Positions 33,036 through 43,203 of a DNA stretch of 64,000 bases are shown one piece after another. Position numbers and translations under genes: made by a program. Within the stretch, counting starts at the first letter, position 1, and each line of letters begins with the position of its first letter. The notes beneath the pieces are model-generated. The model saw only the letters and a list, made by a program, of their open reading frames with translations. It searched no databases and was not told the origin of the DNA. Source of the DNA: Clostridia bacterium (GTDB taxonomy: Bacteria; Bacillota; Clostridia; Oscillospirales; CAG-272); contig JAGBBQ010000033.1 in NCBI GenBank assembly GCA_017938425.1, forward strand, positions 9,649-73,648, given 5' to 3'.

Positions 33036-33922
33036 CAGTTCTCTTCGTTATAGCCGAAATTACGGAGGGTGAAATCGCTGTCACGCCAATTTTCCTTCAC
33101 TCTGACGTAAAGGTCAAGGAAGATACGCGTGCCAAGCATTTTTTCAAGATCCTCTCTCGCGTAGGTGCCGACGGTCTTGATCGTCGCACCGTTTTTACCG
33201 ATGATCATTCCCTTGTGCGAGGCCTTCTCGCAATAGATCTCCGCGCGAATGGAGATGACGTCGCGCTTCTCCTTCCACTCCTCGATGGCGACCGCCGTTC
33301 CGTGCGGGATCTCCTCTTCCAGAAGGCGGAGAAGCTTCTCGCGGATGACCTCGGCGGCAAGCTGACGCTCGGGCTGATCGGTCAGAATATCGTCCGGGAA
33401 AAACCATTCACTCTCATAGAGGAATTTCCCGCACTCCTCGAGAACGGTATCCACGCCCTTGCCGTGCTTTGCGCTGATCGGAATCACCGCCTCGAAGGTA
33501 TGCGCGGCGGCGTACGCCTCGATGGTCTTCGCGATATTGGCGGGACGGACGGCATCAATCTTATTGATAACGAGGATAGCGGGAATGCCAGAGGCCTTGA
33601 TCTTTTCAATCAGAGATGCTTCAATATCTCCCACAGCCTCACGCGCCTCTACGACGAGGACCGCGGCATCCACGCCCGAGAGCGTATCCGTGGCGGTCTT
33701 TACCATAAAATCACCGAGCTTGGTGCGCGGCTTATGCACGCCGGGGGTATCCAGAAACACCATCTGATCCTCGCCGACGGTATGAATGCCCGTGATGCGG
33801 TTTCTCGTGGTCTGCGGCTTTTTCGATACGATCGCGACCTTTTCGCCGAGGATCGCGTTCAAAAGGGTGGATTTTCCCACGTTCGGGCGTCCGATAAATG
33901 CTATAAAGGCGGTTCTTTTCAT
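33035..33922 (-). CDS. era: GTPase Era
   Basis: GRPNVGKST, DTPG, NKID and a KH domain. Confidence 0.95.
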   Translation of the reverse strand: MKRTAFIAFIGRPNVGKSTLLNAILGEKVAIVSKKPQTTRNRITGIHTVGEDQMVFLDTPGVHKPRTKLGDFMVKTATDTLSGVDAAVLVVEAREAVGDIEASLIEKIKASGIPAILVINKIDAVRPANIAKTIEAYAAAHTFEAVIPISAKHGKGVDTVLEECGKFLYESEWFFPDDILTDQPERQLAAEVIREKLLRLLEEEIPHGTAVAIEEWKEKRDVISIRAEIYCEKASHKGMIIGKNGATIKTVGTYAREDLEKMLGTRIFLDLYVRVKENWRDSDFTLRNFGYNEEN

Positions 33923-34413
33923 TCTTTTACTTCCTCTTCAAAATTCAGTCTTTCGATGATCGCTCTCTGGCGGCTGCACTGCGCCTCCTCATCCTCCGGC
34001 CCTCTCTCGTGATCGTAGCCGAGAAGATGCAGCGTGGAATGGATGGCAAGGAAGGCGGCCTCGCGAAGAAAGCTGTTTCCAAGCTCGCTTGCCTGCTCTG
34101 CCGTGCGCTCCAGCGAGATCACGATATCGCCGAGCGGGATCGGACCGAAGTCCCCCTCGTTCTCCCACTCCCCCGCCTCGTACATCGGGAAGGAGAGAAC
34201 GTCGGTCGCGCGGTCGATATTCCTGTATTCCTTGTTCAGGGAATGGATATACGCATTGTCACATACGGTGACCGAGACGGAGGCGTCTCGGGGAAAGCCC
34301 TCGAAGGCAAGCGTTTCCGAGATCGCCGCACGAAGCGTTTTCTTCAGGGCGTGATCCGCCTTTGGCATCCGCTTGGTTGCCGAAAAGCTGATAAATAGCT
34401 TATGCTTCTTCAT
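33919..34413 (-). CDS. ybeY: rRNA maturation endoribonuclease YbeY
   Basis: HSTLHLLGYDH zinc motif. Confidence 0.9.
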   Translation of the reverse strand: MKKHKLFISFSATKRMPKADHALKKTLRAAISETLAFEGFPRDASVSVTVCDNAYIHSLNKEYRNIDRATDVLSFPMYEAGEWENEGDFGPIPLGDIVISLERTAEQASELGNSFLREAAFLAIHSTLHLLGYDHERGPEDEEAQCSRQRAIIERLNFEEEVKE

Positions 34414-35413
34414 TTCTGCTTCCTTTCTTTTTCACCGTCTGCGCCTTATCGTACTTATCGTACGCATCGATGATCCTGCGCACCAGGGGATGGCGCACCA
34501 CGTCGCGCGAGGAGAAGGAGAAGATCCCGATGCCCGAAATATCCTTCAGGATCGAGGAGGCGATCGCAAGACCGCTTTTCTGCCCCGAAGGCAGATCCGT
34601 CTGCGACATATCGCCCGTGACAACCGCCTTCGAGCCGTAGCCGAGACGGGTCAGAAACATCTTCATCTGCTCGGGGGTGGTATTCTGCGCCTCGTCAAGA
34701 ATGATAAACGAATTATCAAGCGTGCGCCCGCGCATATAGGCAAGCGGCGCAATCTCTATGGTACCGCGCTCCTTGTGGCGCTGATAGTTTTCGGGGCCGA
34801 GCATCTCGTAGAGCGCATCGTACAGGGGACGCAAATAGGGATCGATCTTGCTTTGAAGATCGCCCGGCAGAAAGCCGAGCCGCTCCCCCGCCTCCACGGC
34901 AGGGCGCGTCAGAATAATGCGATCGACCTCCTTGTGCCGCAGCGCCTCCACTGCCATCGCAACGGCAAGAAAGGTCTTACCCGTTCCGGCAGGGCCGAGT
35001 CCCAAGACCACCGTATTCTTACGGATCTGCTCGATATAATGCTTCTGGGCGATGGTTTTTGCCTTGATCGGCTTGCCGCGGCTGGTAAGGCAGATGACAT
35101 CCTCGGAAAAATGCGGCGCCTCGGTTTCCCCACCGTCTCTGAACAGAGAAATGACATATTCCACCGTTTGGGTATCAAGAACTTCTCCCGCACCCGTCAT
35201 ACGGCCGAGGTATTCCAGCACGCGGTGCGCACAGGCGCAGCCCTCCGCCTCGCCGCCGATCACGATCTCATCCCCCTCGCTTCCCTCACCGCCGCGGCGG
35301 TTGGAGATGCGAACGTCGAAGGCGGTCTCGATCAAGCGGATATTGGCATCAAAGGCGCCGAAAAGCGCCGCGGTATCCTCGCTCGATTTTGTCAACAGGT
35401 ATTTCTCTGCCAT
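34400..35413 (-). CDS. phoH: PhoH-family ATPase
   Basis: GPAGTGKTFLAV and ILDEAQN. Confidence 0.9.
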   Translation of the reverse strand: MAEKYLLTKSSEDTAALFGAFDANIRLIETAFDVRISNRRGGEGSEGDEIVIGGEAEGCACAHRVLEYLGRMTGAGEVLDTQTVEYVISLFRDGGETEAPHFSEDVICLTSRGKPIKAKTIAQKHYIEQIRKNTVVLGLGPAGTGKTFLAVAMAVEALRHKEVDRIILTRPAVEAGERLGFLPGDLQSKIDPYLRPLYDALYEMLGPENYQRHKERGTIEIAPLAYMRGRTLDNSFIILDEAQNTTPEQMKMFLTRLGYGSKAVVTGDMSQTDLPSGQKSGLAIASSILKDISGIGIFSFSSRDVVRHPLVRRIIDAYDKYDKAQTVKKKGSRNEEA

Positions 35414-35424
35414 TCATACTCTCC

Positions 35425-36609
35425 TTATTTTTCTCCGCGCAGCGAGATCGGCACGCTCATAGAGACATCACGGATCTGCACGTACTCAGCCGTGAGCAAA
35501 TATCCCTCCTCGGTCCACGCTCCCACCGTGCGAAGGCTTTCCAGCTCGCCGAGGGGCAGGATCTCCGATAAAGCCTGCTTCAGACGCACCGATGCGATGC
35601 GCACCGCGTCCGTCTCGCTGCGGTGTATCTGCACCTGCTCCGTTGCATACACCCTTTCGGTGGTGACCGAAAACGGAAGAGATATACGCCCCGGCAGATA
35701 CAGCTGCTTCGTTTCCTCTATTATATCACACTCATTTGCAAAATTTCTATAGTTTTTGAAAATATTAAAAGAAAAATTAAAAAAATTAATTCGCACGGAG
35801 GCGACGCCGCATTTTTTGCTCGTGACGGAGGTCTCTTCGGCTTTGCATACCGCATAGACACTGCCGCTGACACGGCCAAGCACGCGCCCCGCGGCACCGC
35901 TCAGGGTCCCGTCCGTATGCACGGCGGAGATCAGAAGCTCGCCCGCCCGCACCGCATCTCCGACCTTTACGCGAGCGACCCCGCGATCGGGCGAGACCTC
36001 AACGACAACGCAGTCCTCGCTTGCGACGATATTCGCGAGAGGCACGCCGCTCTCATCCCCTTCGCCCTCTTTTTCAAGGACGTTCAGATACAATACCGTG
36101 CCGCGCCGATGGAGGTTCACCCAAGCGGCGGACGGGCAAGCGGCCTTCAAGGTATTTTCCGTCTTGGACAGATCGAAGGAGGAAAAGCGAATGCCCTCTG
36201 CCACTCCCTGCTCGGAAAGCACGTCGAGAAGCGCTTTTTCCACCGTCTCATCCGCACCGAGAACGCGGATATCCCACACCCGGCCCATCGAAAAAAGAAA
36301 GATAAAAAGGCAGACAGCAAGCGCCGCAAAAACTCCGTATTTTCTTTTGTTTAAGTATATAATTCTTGGCAGATTAACACATTCGGAGATCGAGCACCCG
36401 AGCTCGGTGCATATCGCTTCCGCATTTTTCCGACATCGCGAGGGGATAAAAAGCCTGCCTCTTTTATCCTCCGTAAAGGGGATACCGTTTTCAAAAAGGC
36501 GGCGGCAAAGCGCACCTCTTTTCTCTGCATCGGGCAGGATAAAAAAGCATCCGAAAATAAAGCCCTTAACGCCCATGATCCGAAAAGCGCACCTCCTCCA
36601 CACCGCCAA
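35425..36609 (-). CDS. yqfD: Sporulation protein YqfD
   Basis: Size, a central TM segment and position after yqfC. The start is uncertain; an alternative is MGVKGF at 36576. Confidence 0.75.
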   Translation of the reverse strand: MAVWRRCAFRIMGVKGFIFGCFFILPDAEKRGALCRRLFENGIPFTEDKRGRLFIPSRCRKNAEAICTELGCSISECVNLPRIIYLNKRKYGVFAALAVCLFIFLFSMGRVWDIRVLGADETVEKALLDVLSEQGVAEGIRFSSFDLSKTENTLKAACPSAAWVNLHRRGTVLYLNVLEKEGEGDESGVPLANIVASEDCVVVEVSPDRGVARVKVGDAVRAGELLISAVHTDGTLSGAAGRVLGRVSGSVYAVCKAEETSVTSKKCGVASVRINFFNFSFNIFKNYRNFANECDIIEETKQLYLPGRISLPFSVTTERVYATEQVQIHRSETDAVRIASVRLKQALSEILPLGELESLRTVGAWTEEGYLLTAEYVQIRDVSMSVPISLRGEK

Positions 36610-36835
36610 GCACCTCGACGGTTTTATTCTCGAATACCGAAAGGCGGAGTCCGCTGCCCGAAAGGATCATACGGCCGCCCGTGATATAAAGCGTAATCCG
36701 ATCCTCGGCATATTCCTCAATTCCGCGCACCCCCGAGACCAGCACAGACATACCGCGATGGCCGCCCTCCATCTCCATCCGATAGCGCGGAGACCGCCCT
36801 GCCTTCTCCCGTGCCGCTTCGCTCCCTGCTCTCAT
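36566..36835 (-). CDS. yqfC: Sporulation protein YqfC (YabP family)
   Basis: GIEEYAEDRITLYITGGRMILSGSGLRLSVFENKTVEV. Confidence 0.8.
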   Translation of the reverse strand: MRAGSEAAREKAGRSPRYRMEMEGGHRGMSVLVSGVRGIEEYAEDRITLYITGGRMILSGSGLRLSVFENKTVEVLGGVEEVRFSDHGR

Positions 36836-36944
36836 TTTTTCATCTTTCCTTTCATATAAATTTATAACGCACGAAAATCACGACGCTATTCATTCTACCT
36901 TATGATGTAAAAAAACAATTGATGCAAGCAGGAGGGCCCCGACA

Positions 36945-37862
36945 ATGCATAAAAGCCTACCCATCAGCCCCTTACGCGCGCTGGCACTCGTTGCCGTTAT
37001 GCTCACGATCCCCCTTTACGGCGATGCTATGCGTGAGGGCGTGCTTAAAGGGATAAGACTTTCCGTATACACGGTCATTCCCTCTGTCTTTCCCTTCATG
37101 GTGCTTTCCTCCATGATCGTCGGCTACGGCGTTTTTGACCGCATCACCGTGCTTTCTCGCCCCTTTGAACGTCTCTTTCGGGTAAACAAAAACGGTTTAT
37201 GCGCCTTCCTCTGCGGCATTCTCTGCGGCTTCCCGCTGGGAGCAAAATGCGCATCCGAGGCGTATACGCAGGGGCTTCTGACAAAAGACGAATGCGAAAG
37301 ACTGATCGGCTTTTCCTCCAACGCGAGCCCCGCCTTTCTTATCCTGGGCGTCGGCGCTATGCAAGGAAGCATTTCCGAGGGGGTATTTCTCTATGCCGTA
37401 ATGCTTTTCTCCGCCGTTTTGGTCGGAATTTTGCTCGGGCGAAAAAAAACGCCGCATGCGGCGATCGGCACGGTTGCCGATCCAAACGGCTTTTCTCTTA
37501 CGGATGCAGTGGAGCGCGCAGGGCTCGGAACGCTCTATATCTGCTCGTATCTTCTGTTTTTTTCCGCGCTGATCGGCATACTGCAGGCATACGTGCTCCG
37601 TGCCGAGGCACTTTGCGCCGCCGTTCTTCCTTTTCTTGAGATCGGCTCTGCGGTGGTTTTTTTATCGGGCACATCACTGCATCCCGTGCTTCGGCGCGCG
37701 CTGATCGCATTCGCGGTATCCTTCGGCGGTCTTTGCGTGCATTTGCAGGCAAGCGGACTTCTGCGCGGTACGGGTATTTCAATGAAAAGATACTATACGG
37801 CAAAGCTTTTGCAGGGGCTGCTATCGTTTCTTCTCGTGTTGCTCTTGGGGCGTTTCTTTTAG
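36945..37862 (+). CDS. Polytopic membrane protein, nucleoside-recognition (Gate) domain, YlbJ-like
   Basis: About 8 hydrophobic segments and a sporulation-gene neighbourhood. The family call is by eye. Confidence 0.5.
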   Translation: MHKSLPISPLRALALVAVMLTIPLYGDAMREGVLKGIRLSVYTVIPSVFPFMVLSSMIVGYGVFDRITVLSRPFERLFRVNKNGLCAFLCGILCGFPLGAKCASEAYTQGLLTKDECERLIGFSSNASPAFLILGVGAMQGSISEGVFLYAVMLFSAVLVGILLGRKKTPHAAIGTVADPNGFSLTDAVERAGLGTLYICSYLLFFSALIGILQAYVLRAEALCAAVLPFLEIGSAVVFLSGTSLHPVLRRALIAFAVSFGGLCVHLQASGLLRGTGISMKRYYTAKLLQGLLSFLLVLLLGRFF

Positions 37863-37954
37863 CAAAATAATCCTATTTTTCGACAAAAAAAGCGCTTGAC
37901 AATGCTTTTCTCCCATTCTATAATTATATTTAAAGAAAAGAAATGGAGATCGGT

Positions 37955-38737
37955 ATGAGGATCATCGTAATGACAGACCTTGAGGGGATCGCGGGCGTGG
38001 ATTCCTATGAAATGATCGCTTCGGGCAACGAGGAGGACTATACGGCCGCCTGCCGCGCGCTGATGTCCGATCTGAACGCCGCCGTGCGCGGATATTTCGA
38101 TGCGGGAGCGGAAGCGGTCTACGTATACGACGGACACGGCAGGGGCAAAAACTTTATCCGCCCGATGCTCGATCCGAGAGCCGTGCAGCTCGACAACGAG
38201 GATTTTCACACGCTGGTGAAGAGCGGCGGGATCGATGCCTACGCCGAGATCGGCCTGCACGCAATGGCAGGAACGGAAAACGCCTTTCTTGAGCATACGC
38301 AAAGCTCGAAGACCTGGTTTGACTACCGTATCAACGGCGTATCCTGCGGCGAATTCGTGCAGGGCGCGGCTTTCGTCGGAGAATTCGGTATTCCCTTCAT
38401 CTTCGTTTCGGGTGACGGCGCCGCTTGCGAGGAGGCAAAGCGCTTTGTTCCCGATATTGCGACCGCCGTCGTCAAGCAAGCAGAGGGGCGCAACAAGGCG
38501 GTAAGCCTTTCACGCGAGGCAGCCGACCGCCTGATCTACGAGACGGCGAAGGCATCGGTCAAAAGGATCGGCAGCATCCGTCCCTACAAGATCGCGCTTC
38601 CCGCAGAGATCACCCTGACGTTGCAGCGCACGGACTACTGTGACGACTTAGCAAAGCGCTACGAGCGCACCGATGCACGTACCGTTCGCAGGATCACCGA
38701 AAGGATCGAGCGCTACGCGGATCTTTTATTCCCATAG
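37955..38737 (+). CDS. M55-family D-aminopeptidase (DppA-like)
   Basis: MRIIVMTDLEGIAGV... with GGAG 8 nt upstream of ATG 37955. Confidence 0.75.
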   Translation: MRIIVMTDLEGIAGVDSYEMIASGNEEDYTAACRALMSDLNAAVRGYFDAGAEAVYVYDGHGRGKNFIRPMLDPRAVQLDNEDFHTLVKSGGIDAYAEIGLHAMAGTENAFLEHTQSSKTWFDYRINGVSCGEFVQGAAFVGEFGIPFIFVSGDGAACEEAKRFVPDIATAVVKQAEGRNKAVSLSREAADRLIYETAKASVKRIGSIRPYKIALPAEITLTLQRTDYCDDLAKRYERTDARTVRRITERIERYADLLFP

Positions 38738-38912
38738 AAAAAACGGCGAGCGGATTCGTACCGTCACCGAACGGATCGGCAAACATATTGGCATTCACCA
38801 TAAGGATGTACACCATTGCAAAAAACGTAGTCATTCCCGCGATAAACTCGGTTTTCACCGTAATGCAATTTTTTTACAAAAAAGGTCAAAAACAGAGCGC
38901 GACTGTGTTTGC

Positions 38913-38964
38913 AAAAATAAAGGGCTCTGCCGCTTGCTTCTCTGTAAAAGCATTCGGCAGAGCC
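38913..38964 (-). terminator. pnp terminator
   Basis: On the minus strand GGCTCTGCCG...CGGCAGAGCC (plus-strand 38923-38932 and 38955-38964) is followed by TTTATTTTT. Confidence 0.6.
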
Positions 38965-38977
38965 TCATATTGTTTAA

Positions 38978-41083
38978 TTAGTCAGCATCCTTCATAGAAA
39001 GGTTCTGACGGCCCTTCTCGTCGGTTCCGAGGAACTTAACGCGAACGACGTCACCCACGCTGACGGCATCCTCCACCTTCTCGGTTCTTACCTTCTGAAG
39101 CTTGGAGATGTGGACCATGCCCTCCTTACCGGGCGCATACTCAACGAAAGCGCCGATGGGAATGATCCTCGTAACGGTACCCTCATAGGTCTCGCCTACG
39201 ACGGGCTCGAATACGATGGCATCGATGATCGCCTTAGCCATATCCGCACTGTCACGGTTTACGGCGGCGATGAATACGGTACCGTCATCATTGATATCGA
39301 TCTTCGCACCGGTATCGGCAACGATCTTCTGGATCACCTTACCGCCCGAGCCGATAACCTCACGGATCTTATCGGGATTGATGTGCATCGTGATCATCTT
39401 GGGCGCATATGCGGAAACCTCAGCACGAGGCTCTGCGATGGCGCGCAGAAGGATCTTATCGATGATCTCGTCTCTGCCCTGATGCGTGGTCTCAAGCGCG
39501 CGCTTGATGATCTCGGGGGTCAGACCGTCGATCTTCAGGTCCATCTGAATGGAGGTGATACCCTTATGCGTACCTGCTACCTTGAAGTCCATATCGCCGT
39601 AGAAGTCCTCAAGACCCTGGATATCGATCATCGTATCCCAAGAGCCGTCCTCCGCAGTGATAAGACCGCAGGAGATGCCCGCAACGGGTGCCTTGATCGG
39701 AACGCCCGCATCCATAAGAGCAAGCGTGGAGCCGCAAACCGAGCCCTGCGAGGTGGAGCCGTTGGAGCTTACTACCTCGGAAACGAGACGGATCGCGTAG
39801 GGGAACTCCTCCTCGCTGGGAAGAACGGGCAGAAGGGAGCGCTCTGCGAGCGCACCGTGACCGATCTCGCGGCGACCGGGGCTGCGAAGCGCCTTCGCCT
39901 CACCGGTGGAGTAGCCGGGCATATTGTAGTGGTGCATATATCTCTTGGTGTCCTCCTCGTCAAGACCCTCGAGTCTCTGCGCGTCGGAAAGCGTACCAAG
40001 CGTTGCGATCGTGAGAACCTGCGTCTGACCTCTGGTGAACAGACCCGAGCCGTGTACTCTCGGAATCACGCCGACCTCTGCACCAAGGGGACGGATCTCG
40101 TCCATGCGGCGGCCGTCAACGCGCTTCTTATCAACGAGAAGCCAACGGCGTACGATCTTCTTCTGGATCTTGTAGATCAGCTCGGGAAGGATGACCTTGA
40201 TATCCTCGTACTTCTCCTCGAAGGTAGCAACGATATCGTCCATAATGGGCTGCATCTTTGCGTCGCGTACCGTCTTATCGTCGGTATCCAGCGCTTCCAT
40301 CACGCGCTTCTCGCAGTATGCGAAGATCTCGTCGAACATATCGTGATCCAGCTCGCCCGATGCATAAGCAAACTTGGGCTTACCGATCTCGGCAACGATC
40401 CCGTTGATGAAGGCAACCAGCTTCTTGATCTCGTCGTGCGCGATCATAATGGCCTTGAACATATCATCGTCGGAAACCTCCTTCGCGCCTGCCTCGATCA
40501 TAACGACCTTCTCGGCGGAAGCGGCAACCGTCAGCTCAAGAATGCTCTTCTTACGCTGCTCAAAGGTGGGGTTCACGATGAACTCACCGTCTACCATACC
40601 CATAAATACACCGCCGATAGGACCGTTCCACGGAATATCGGAGATGGAGAGCGCTACGGAGGCACCGATCATCGCGGTGATCTCGGGAGAGCAATCGGGA
40701 TCTACCGACATAACGGTCAGAAGAAGAGATACGTCGTTACGAAGATCCTTGGGGAAAAGGGGACGGACCGGACGGTCGATCACACGGGAGGTGAGGACTG
40801 CCTTCTCGGAGGGCTTACCCTCGCGCTTAAGGAAGCCGCCGGGGATCTTGCCTACGGCGTAAAGCTTCTCGTCGTAATCTACCGACAGAGGAAGGAAGTC
40901 AATGCCCTCGCGGGGGGCAGCGGATGCGGTGGCGCACGCAAGAATGGTGGTCTCACCGTAGCGGATCAGCGCGGAGCCGTTTGCAAGGCCCGCGATCTTA
41001 CCGGTCTCGATCACGAGAGGACGGCCCGCAAGCGTGTAGTTATACACCTTGTGGTTTTCGAAGGTTTTAAAATTCTCTACCAT
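38978..41083 (-). CDS. pnp: Polyribonucleotide nucleotidyltransferase (PNPase)
   Basis: Two RNase PH domains, a KH domain and an S1 domain. The start MVENFKTFE is preceded by AAGGAGAAAG. Confidence 0.95.
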   Translation of the reverse strand: MVENFKTFENHKVYNYTLAGRPLVIETGKIAGLANGSALIRYGETTILACATASAAPREGIDFLPLSVDYDEKLYAVGKIPGGFLKREGKPSEKAVLTSRVIDRPVRPLFPKDLRNDVSLLLTVMSVDPDCSPEITAMIGASVALSISDIPWNGPIGGVFMGMVDGEFIVNPTFEQRKKSILELTVAASAEKVVMIEAGAKEVSDDDMFKAIMIAHDEIKKLVAFINGIVAEIGKPKFAYASGELDHDMFDEIFAYCEKRVMEALDTDDKTVRDAKMQPIMDDIVATFEEKYEDIKVILPELIYKIQKKIVRRWLLVDKKRVDGRRMDEIRPLGAEVGVIPRVHGSGLFTRGQTQVLTIATLGTLSDAQRLEGLDEEDTKRYMHHYNMPGYSTGEAKALRSPGRREIGHGALAERSLLPVLPSEEEFPYAIRLVSEVVSSNGSTSQGSVCGSTLALMDAGVPIKAPVAGISCGLITAEDGSWDTMIDIQGLEDFYGDMDFKVAGTHKGITSIQMDLKIDGLTPEIIKRALETTHQGRDEIIDKILLRAIAEPRAEVSAYAPKMITMHINPDKIREVIGSGGKVIQKIVADTGAKIDINDDGTVFIAAVNRDSADMAKAIIDAIVFEPVVGETYEGTVTRIIPIGAFVEYAPGKEGMVHISKLQKVRTEKVEDAVSVGDVVRVKFLGTDEKGRQNLSMKDAD

Positions 41084-41122
41084 TTTTCTTTCTCCTTTTT
41101 CGGGAGGGTGCGAACATAGCAC

Positions 41123-41158
41123 TTAACTATCCCTTCCGCCTGCGGAAAGCATAGTTAA
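41123..41158 (-). promoter_or_regulatory. Composite hairpin in the pnp 5' leader
   Basis: TTAACTAT-ccc-TTCCGC-ct-GCGGAA-agc-ATAGTTAA, about 40 nt upstream of the pnp start. Confidence 0.45.
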
Positions 41159-41220
41159 CTGCTACTTTCGCTCCTGCCCGTTATTTTTGTTTTTTGTTTC
41201 TTTGGGGCTTCGCAAGAAAC

Positions 41221-41241
41221 GGGAACGGCAAGACCGTTCCC
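41221..41241 (-). terminator. rpsO terminator/attenuator hairpin
   Basis: GGGAACGG-N5-CCGTTCCC is followed on the minus strand by GTTTCTT. Confidence 0.55.
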
Positions 41242-41263
41242 GCTCTGCGCTTTGGCCGTGAAA

Positions 41264-41530
41264 TTACTTTCTCAGGCCAAGTCTCTTAATTACGGCTCTG
41301 TATCTCTCGATATCCTTCTTTGCCAGGTAATTAAGAAGCTGCTTTCTGTGACCAACCATCTTGGACAGACCTCTCTGAGAGTGGAAGTCCTTGGGGTTCT
41401 TCTTCATATGCTCGGTAAGCGAGTTGATTCTGTCAGTCAGAATCGCTACCTGCACCTCGGGCGAACCGGTATCCTTCTCATTGATCTTGTACTCGGCAAT
41501 GATGGCAGTCTTGGTCTCCTTGGAAATCAT
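41264..41530 (-). CDS. rpsO: 30S ribosomal protein S15
   Basis: [55 protein letters not shown]. Confidence 0.95.
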   Translation of the reverse strand: MISKETKTAIIAEYKINEKDTGSPEVQVAILTDRINSLTEHMKKNPKDFHSQRGLSKMVGHRKQLLNYLAKKDIERYRAVIKRLGLRK

Positions 41531-41660
41531 CTTTCTTCACCTTTCTTAATATTTTTCCTATCTCCGCGTGCAGTGCGGGTGAAGCACACAGACTACGCAG
41601 GCCCAAAACGGAGCCGCGGAGCAAGGTCATACACAGCACATAGACATAGGTTGCTAAGAT

Positions 41661-41689
41661 ATTATAACACAAGAGAACAAAAAAGTAAA
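41661..41689 (-). promoter_or_regulatory. rpsO promoter (TTTACT-17-TATAAT on the minus strand) with a ~110-nt leader
   Basis: On the plus strand, AGTAAA is at 41684-41689 and ATTATA at 41661-41666. Confidence 0.5.
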
Positions 41690-41738
41690 TAGTTTTCGGA
41701 AAAATATTTTCGGAAATTTATTGTTACCCTGACAGCGC

Positions 41739-42491
41739 TCATTTTTCTTCCATATCGCGCGCCCTCACTTCCCTTTCCCTGCGGATCAGGGTAAAATGGC
41801 GCTGCGGCTTATCCAGCTCCGAAAAGCGGATGGCGACCGGCATATCCCACCGAAAAATGGTGGCACACATACGGAGCGCAAAGACGATCACGCAAGCGAT
41901 CAGCATCGCGAGAGACTCCTGTGCCATCCACCGCCCAAGCAAAACGTACGCGCCGCTTCCCGCAAGCGCCGCAATTGCGTAAATACGCTTTTTCAGCACC
42001 CATGGGAGCTTCCCGAGAATGACGTCACGCATCAGACCGCCGCCGATACAGCTGATCATTCCCATAACGATCGCCACCGCCGCAAGGGGCTGCGCACGGT
42101 TTTCAAACATAATGCGCATCGCGGACTGCGTTCCCGTAACAGCGAAGGCGCTGAGACCGATCGAGTCAAGAATGTTATTGATGTTTTCCACGAGCCGCTC
42201 ACGCTTCAGGTACGCATCTCTGAAAAAGGCGGCGAGCGCGAACACGATCAACGAGGTCGCGATGCAGCAGATGAATTCGTATTTCATCTCGAAGAGCGCG
42301 GGATAGGGGTAACGGTTCAGAATGGTATCACGCAAAAGGCCGCCGCCAAAGGAGGTGATGACCGACATCAGCACCACGCCGAAAATATCCACCTCGCTGC
42401 GAATGGCGACCATCGCTCCCGAGACCGAAAAGGCGACCACACCGATATATGACAGCACGGTCAGAACAACGTCCATACTGAAGTTTTCCAT
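41739..42491 (-). CDS. TRIC/UPF0126-family membrane protein (YadS/YicG-like)
   Basis: Duplicated glycine-rich TM motifs: SGAMVAIR...FGGGLLRD and GGGLMRD. Confidence 0.75.
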   Translation of the reverse strand: MENFSMDVVLTVLSYIGVVAFSVSGAMVAIRSEVDIFGVVLMSVITSFGGGLLRDTILNRYPYPALFEMKYEFICCIATSLIVFALAAFFRDAYLKRERLVENINNILDSIGLSAFAVTGTQSAMRIMFENRAQPLAAVAIVMGMISCIGGGLMRDVILGKLPWVLKKRIYAIAALAGSGAYVLLGRWMAQESLAMLIACVIVFALRMCATIFRWDMPVAIRFSELDKPQRHFTLIRREREVRARDMEEK

Positions 42492-42518
42492 AAATCTTCT
42501 CCTTAATAAAGAAGTGGA

Positions 42519-43091
42519 TCAAAGCTTTAAAACGAGCGCCTCGAGAGCCTTGGCGCGATGGCTGATGGCATTCTTCTCCTCATCCGTATACTCGGCAACC
42601 GTACGGCTCGATCCGAGGGGCACGAACAGCGGATCGTAGCCGAAGCCGCGTTCGCCGCGCGGGCTTCGCGTGATCTCACCGTGAAAATATGCCTCCGCCT
42701 CCACCGTGGTTCCGTCGGGATAAGCAAGCACGATCGCGCAGGTATAATGCGCGCGCCGGTTTTCCTCGTTTTCAAGCCTTTTGAGAAGCAACGCATTGTT
42801 CGCCTCATCGTTGCCGTGCTCGCCCGCAAAGCGCGCACTGAAGATACCCGGTGCACCGCCGAGGGCATCAACGCAGATCCCGCTGTCATCCGCCAGGGCG
42901 GGCACGCCCGCGAGCGCGGCGATCTCCGTTGCTTTTTTTCTTGCGTTTTCAAGAAAGGTCTCTCCGTCCTCGACCGTTTCGTGATCAATGCCGGATTCAC
43001 GCAAGGAGACGATCTGCTCGAATTTTTCTCCCAATATTTTCTTAATTTCTCTGATCTTATGCGAATTGTTGGATGCAATAATAAGCTTCAT
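42519..43091 (-). CDS. rdgB: Non-canonical purine NTP pyrophosphatase (RdgB/HAM1)
   Basis: MKLIIASNNSHKIREI, DDSGICVDALGGAPGIFSARF and FGYDPLF. Confidence 0.9.
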   Translation of the reverse strand: MKLIIASNNSHKIREIKKILGEKFEQIVSLRESGIDHETVEDGETFLENARKKATEIAALAGVPALADDSGICVDALGGAPGIFSARFAGEHGNDEANNALLLKRLENEENRRAHYTCAIVLAYPDGTTVEAEAYFHGEITRSPRGERGFGYDPLFVPLGSSRTVAEYTDEEKNAISHRAKALEALVLKL

Positions 43092-43203
43092 TTTTCTTCT
43101 CGACTTTTGTTTTTTTCTTTATTATAGCACCGAAACCGTTTTCTGTCAATCCGTGTTTTTTTACATACAATAAAATATGATGAATTTATTTTTCGGAGGG
43201 CAT

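Noticed and set aside
42527-43078. 183-aa ORF overlapping rdgB in another frame on the same strand
   Set aside because: It is Arg/Ser/Pro-rich frame-shifted shadow of rdgB, and the rdgB frame carries all the family motifs.
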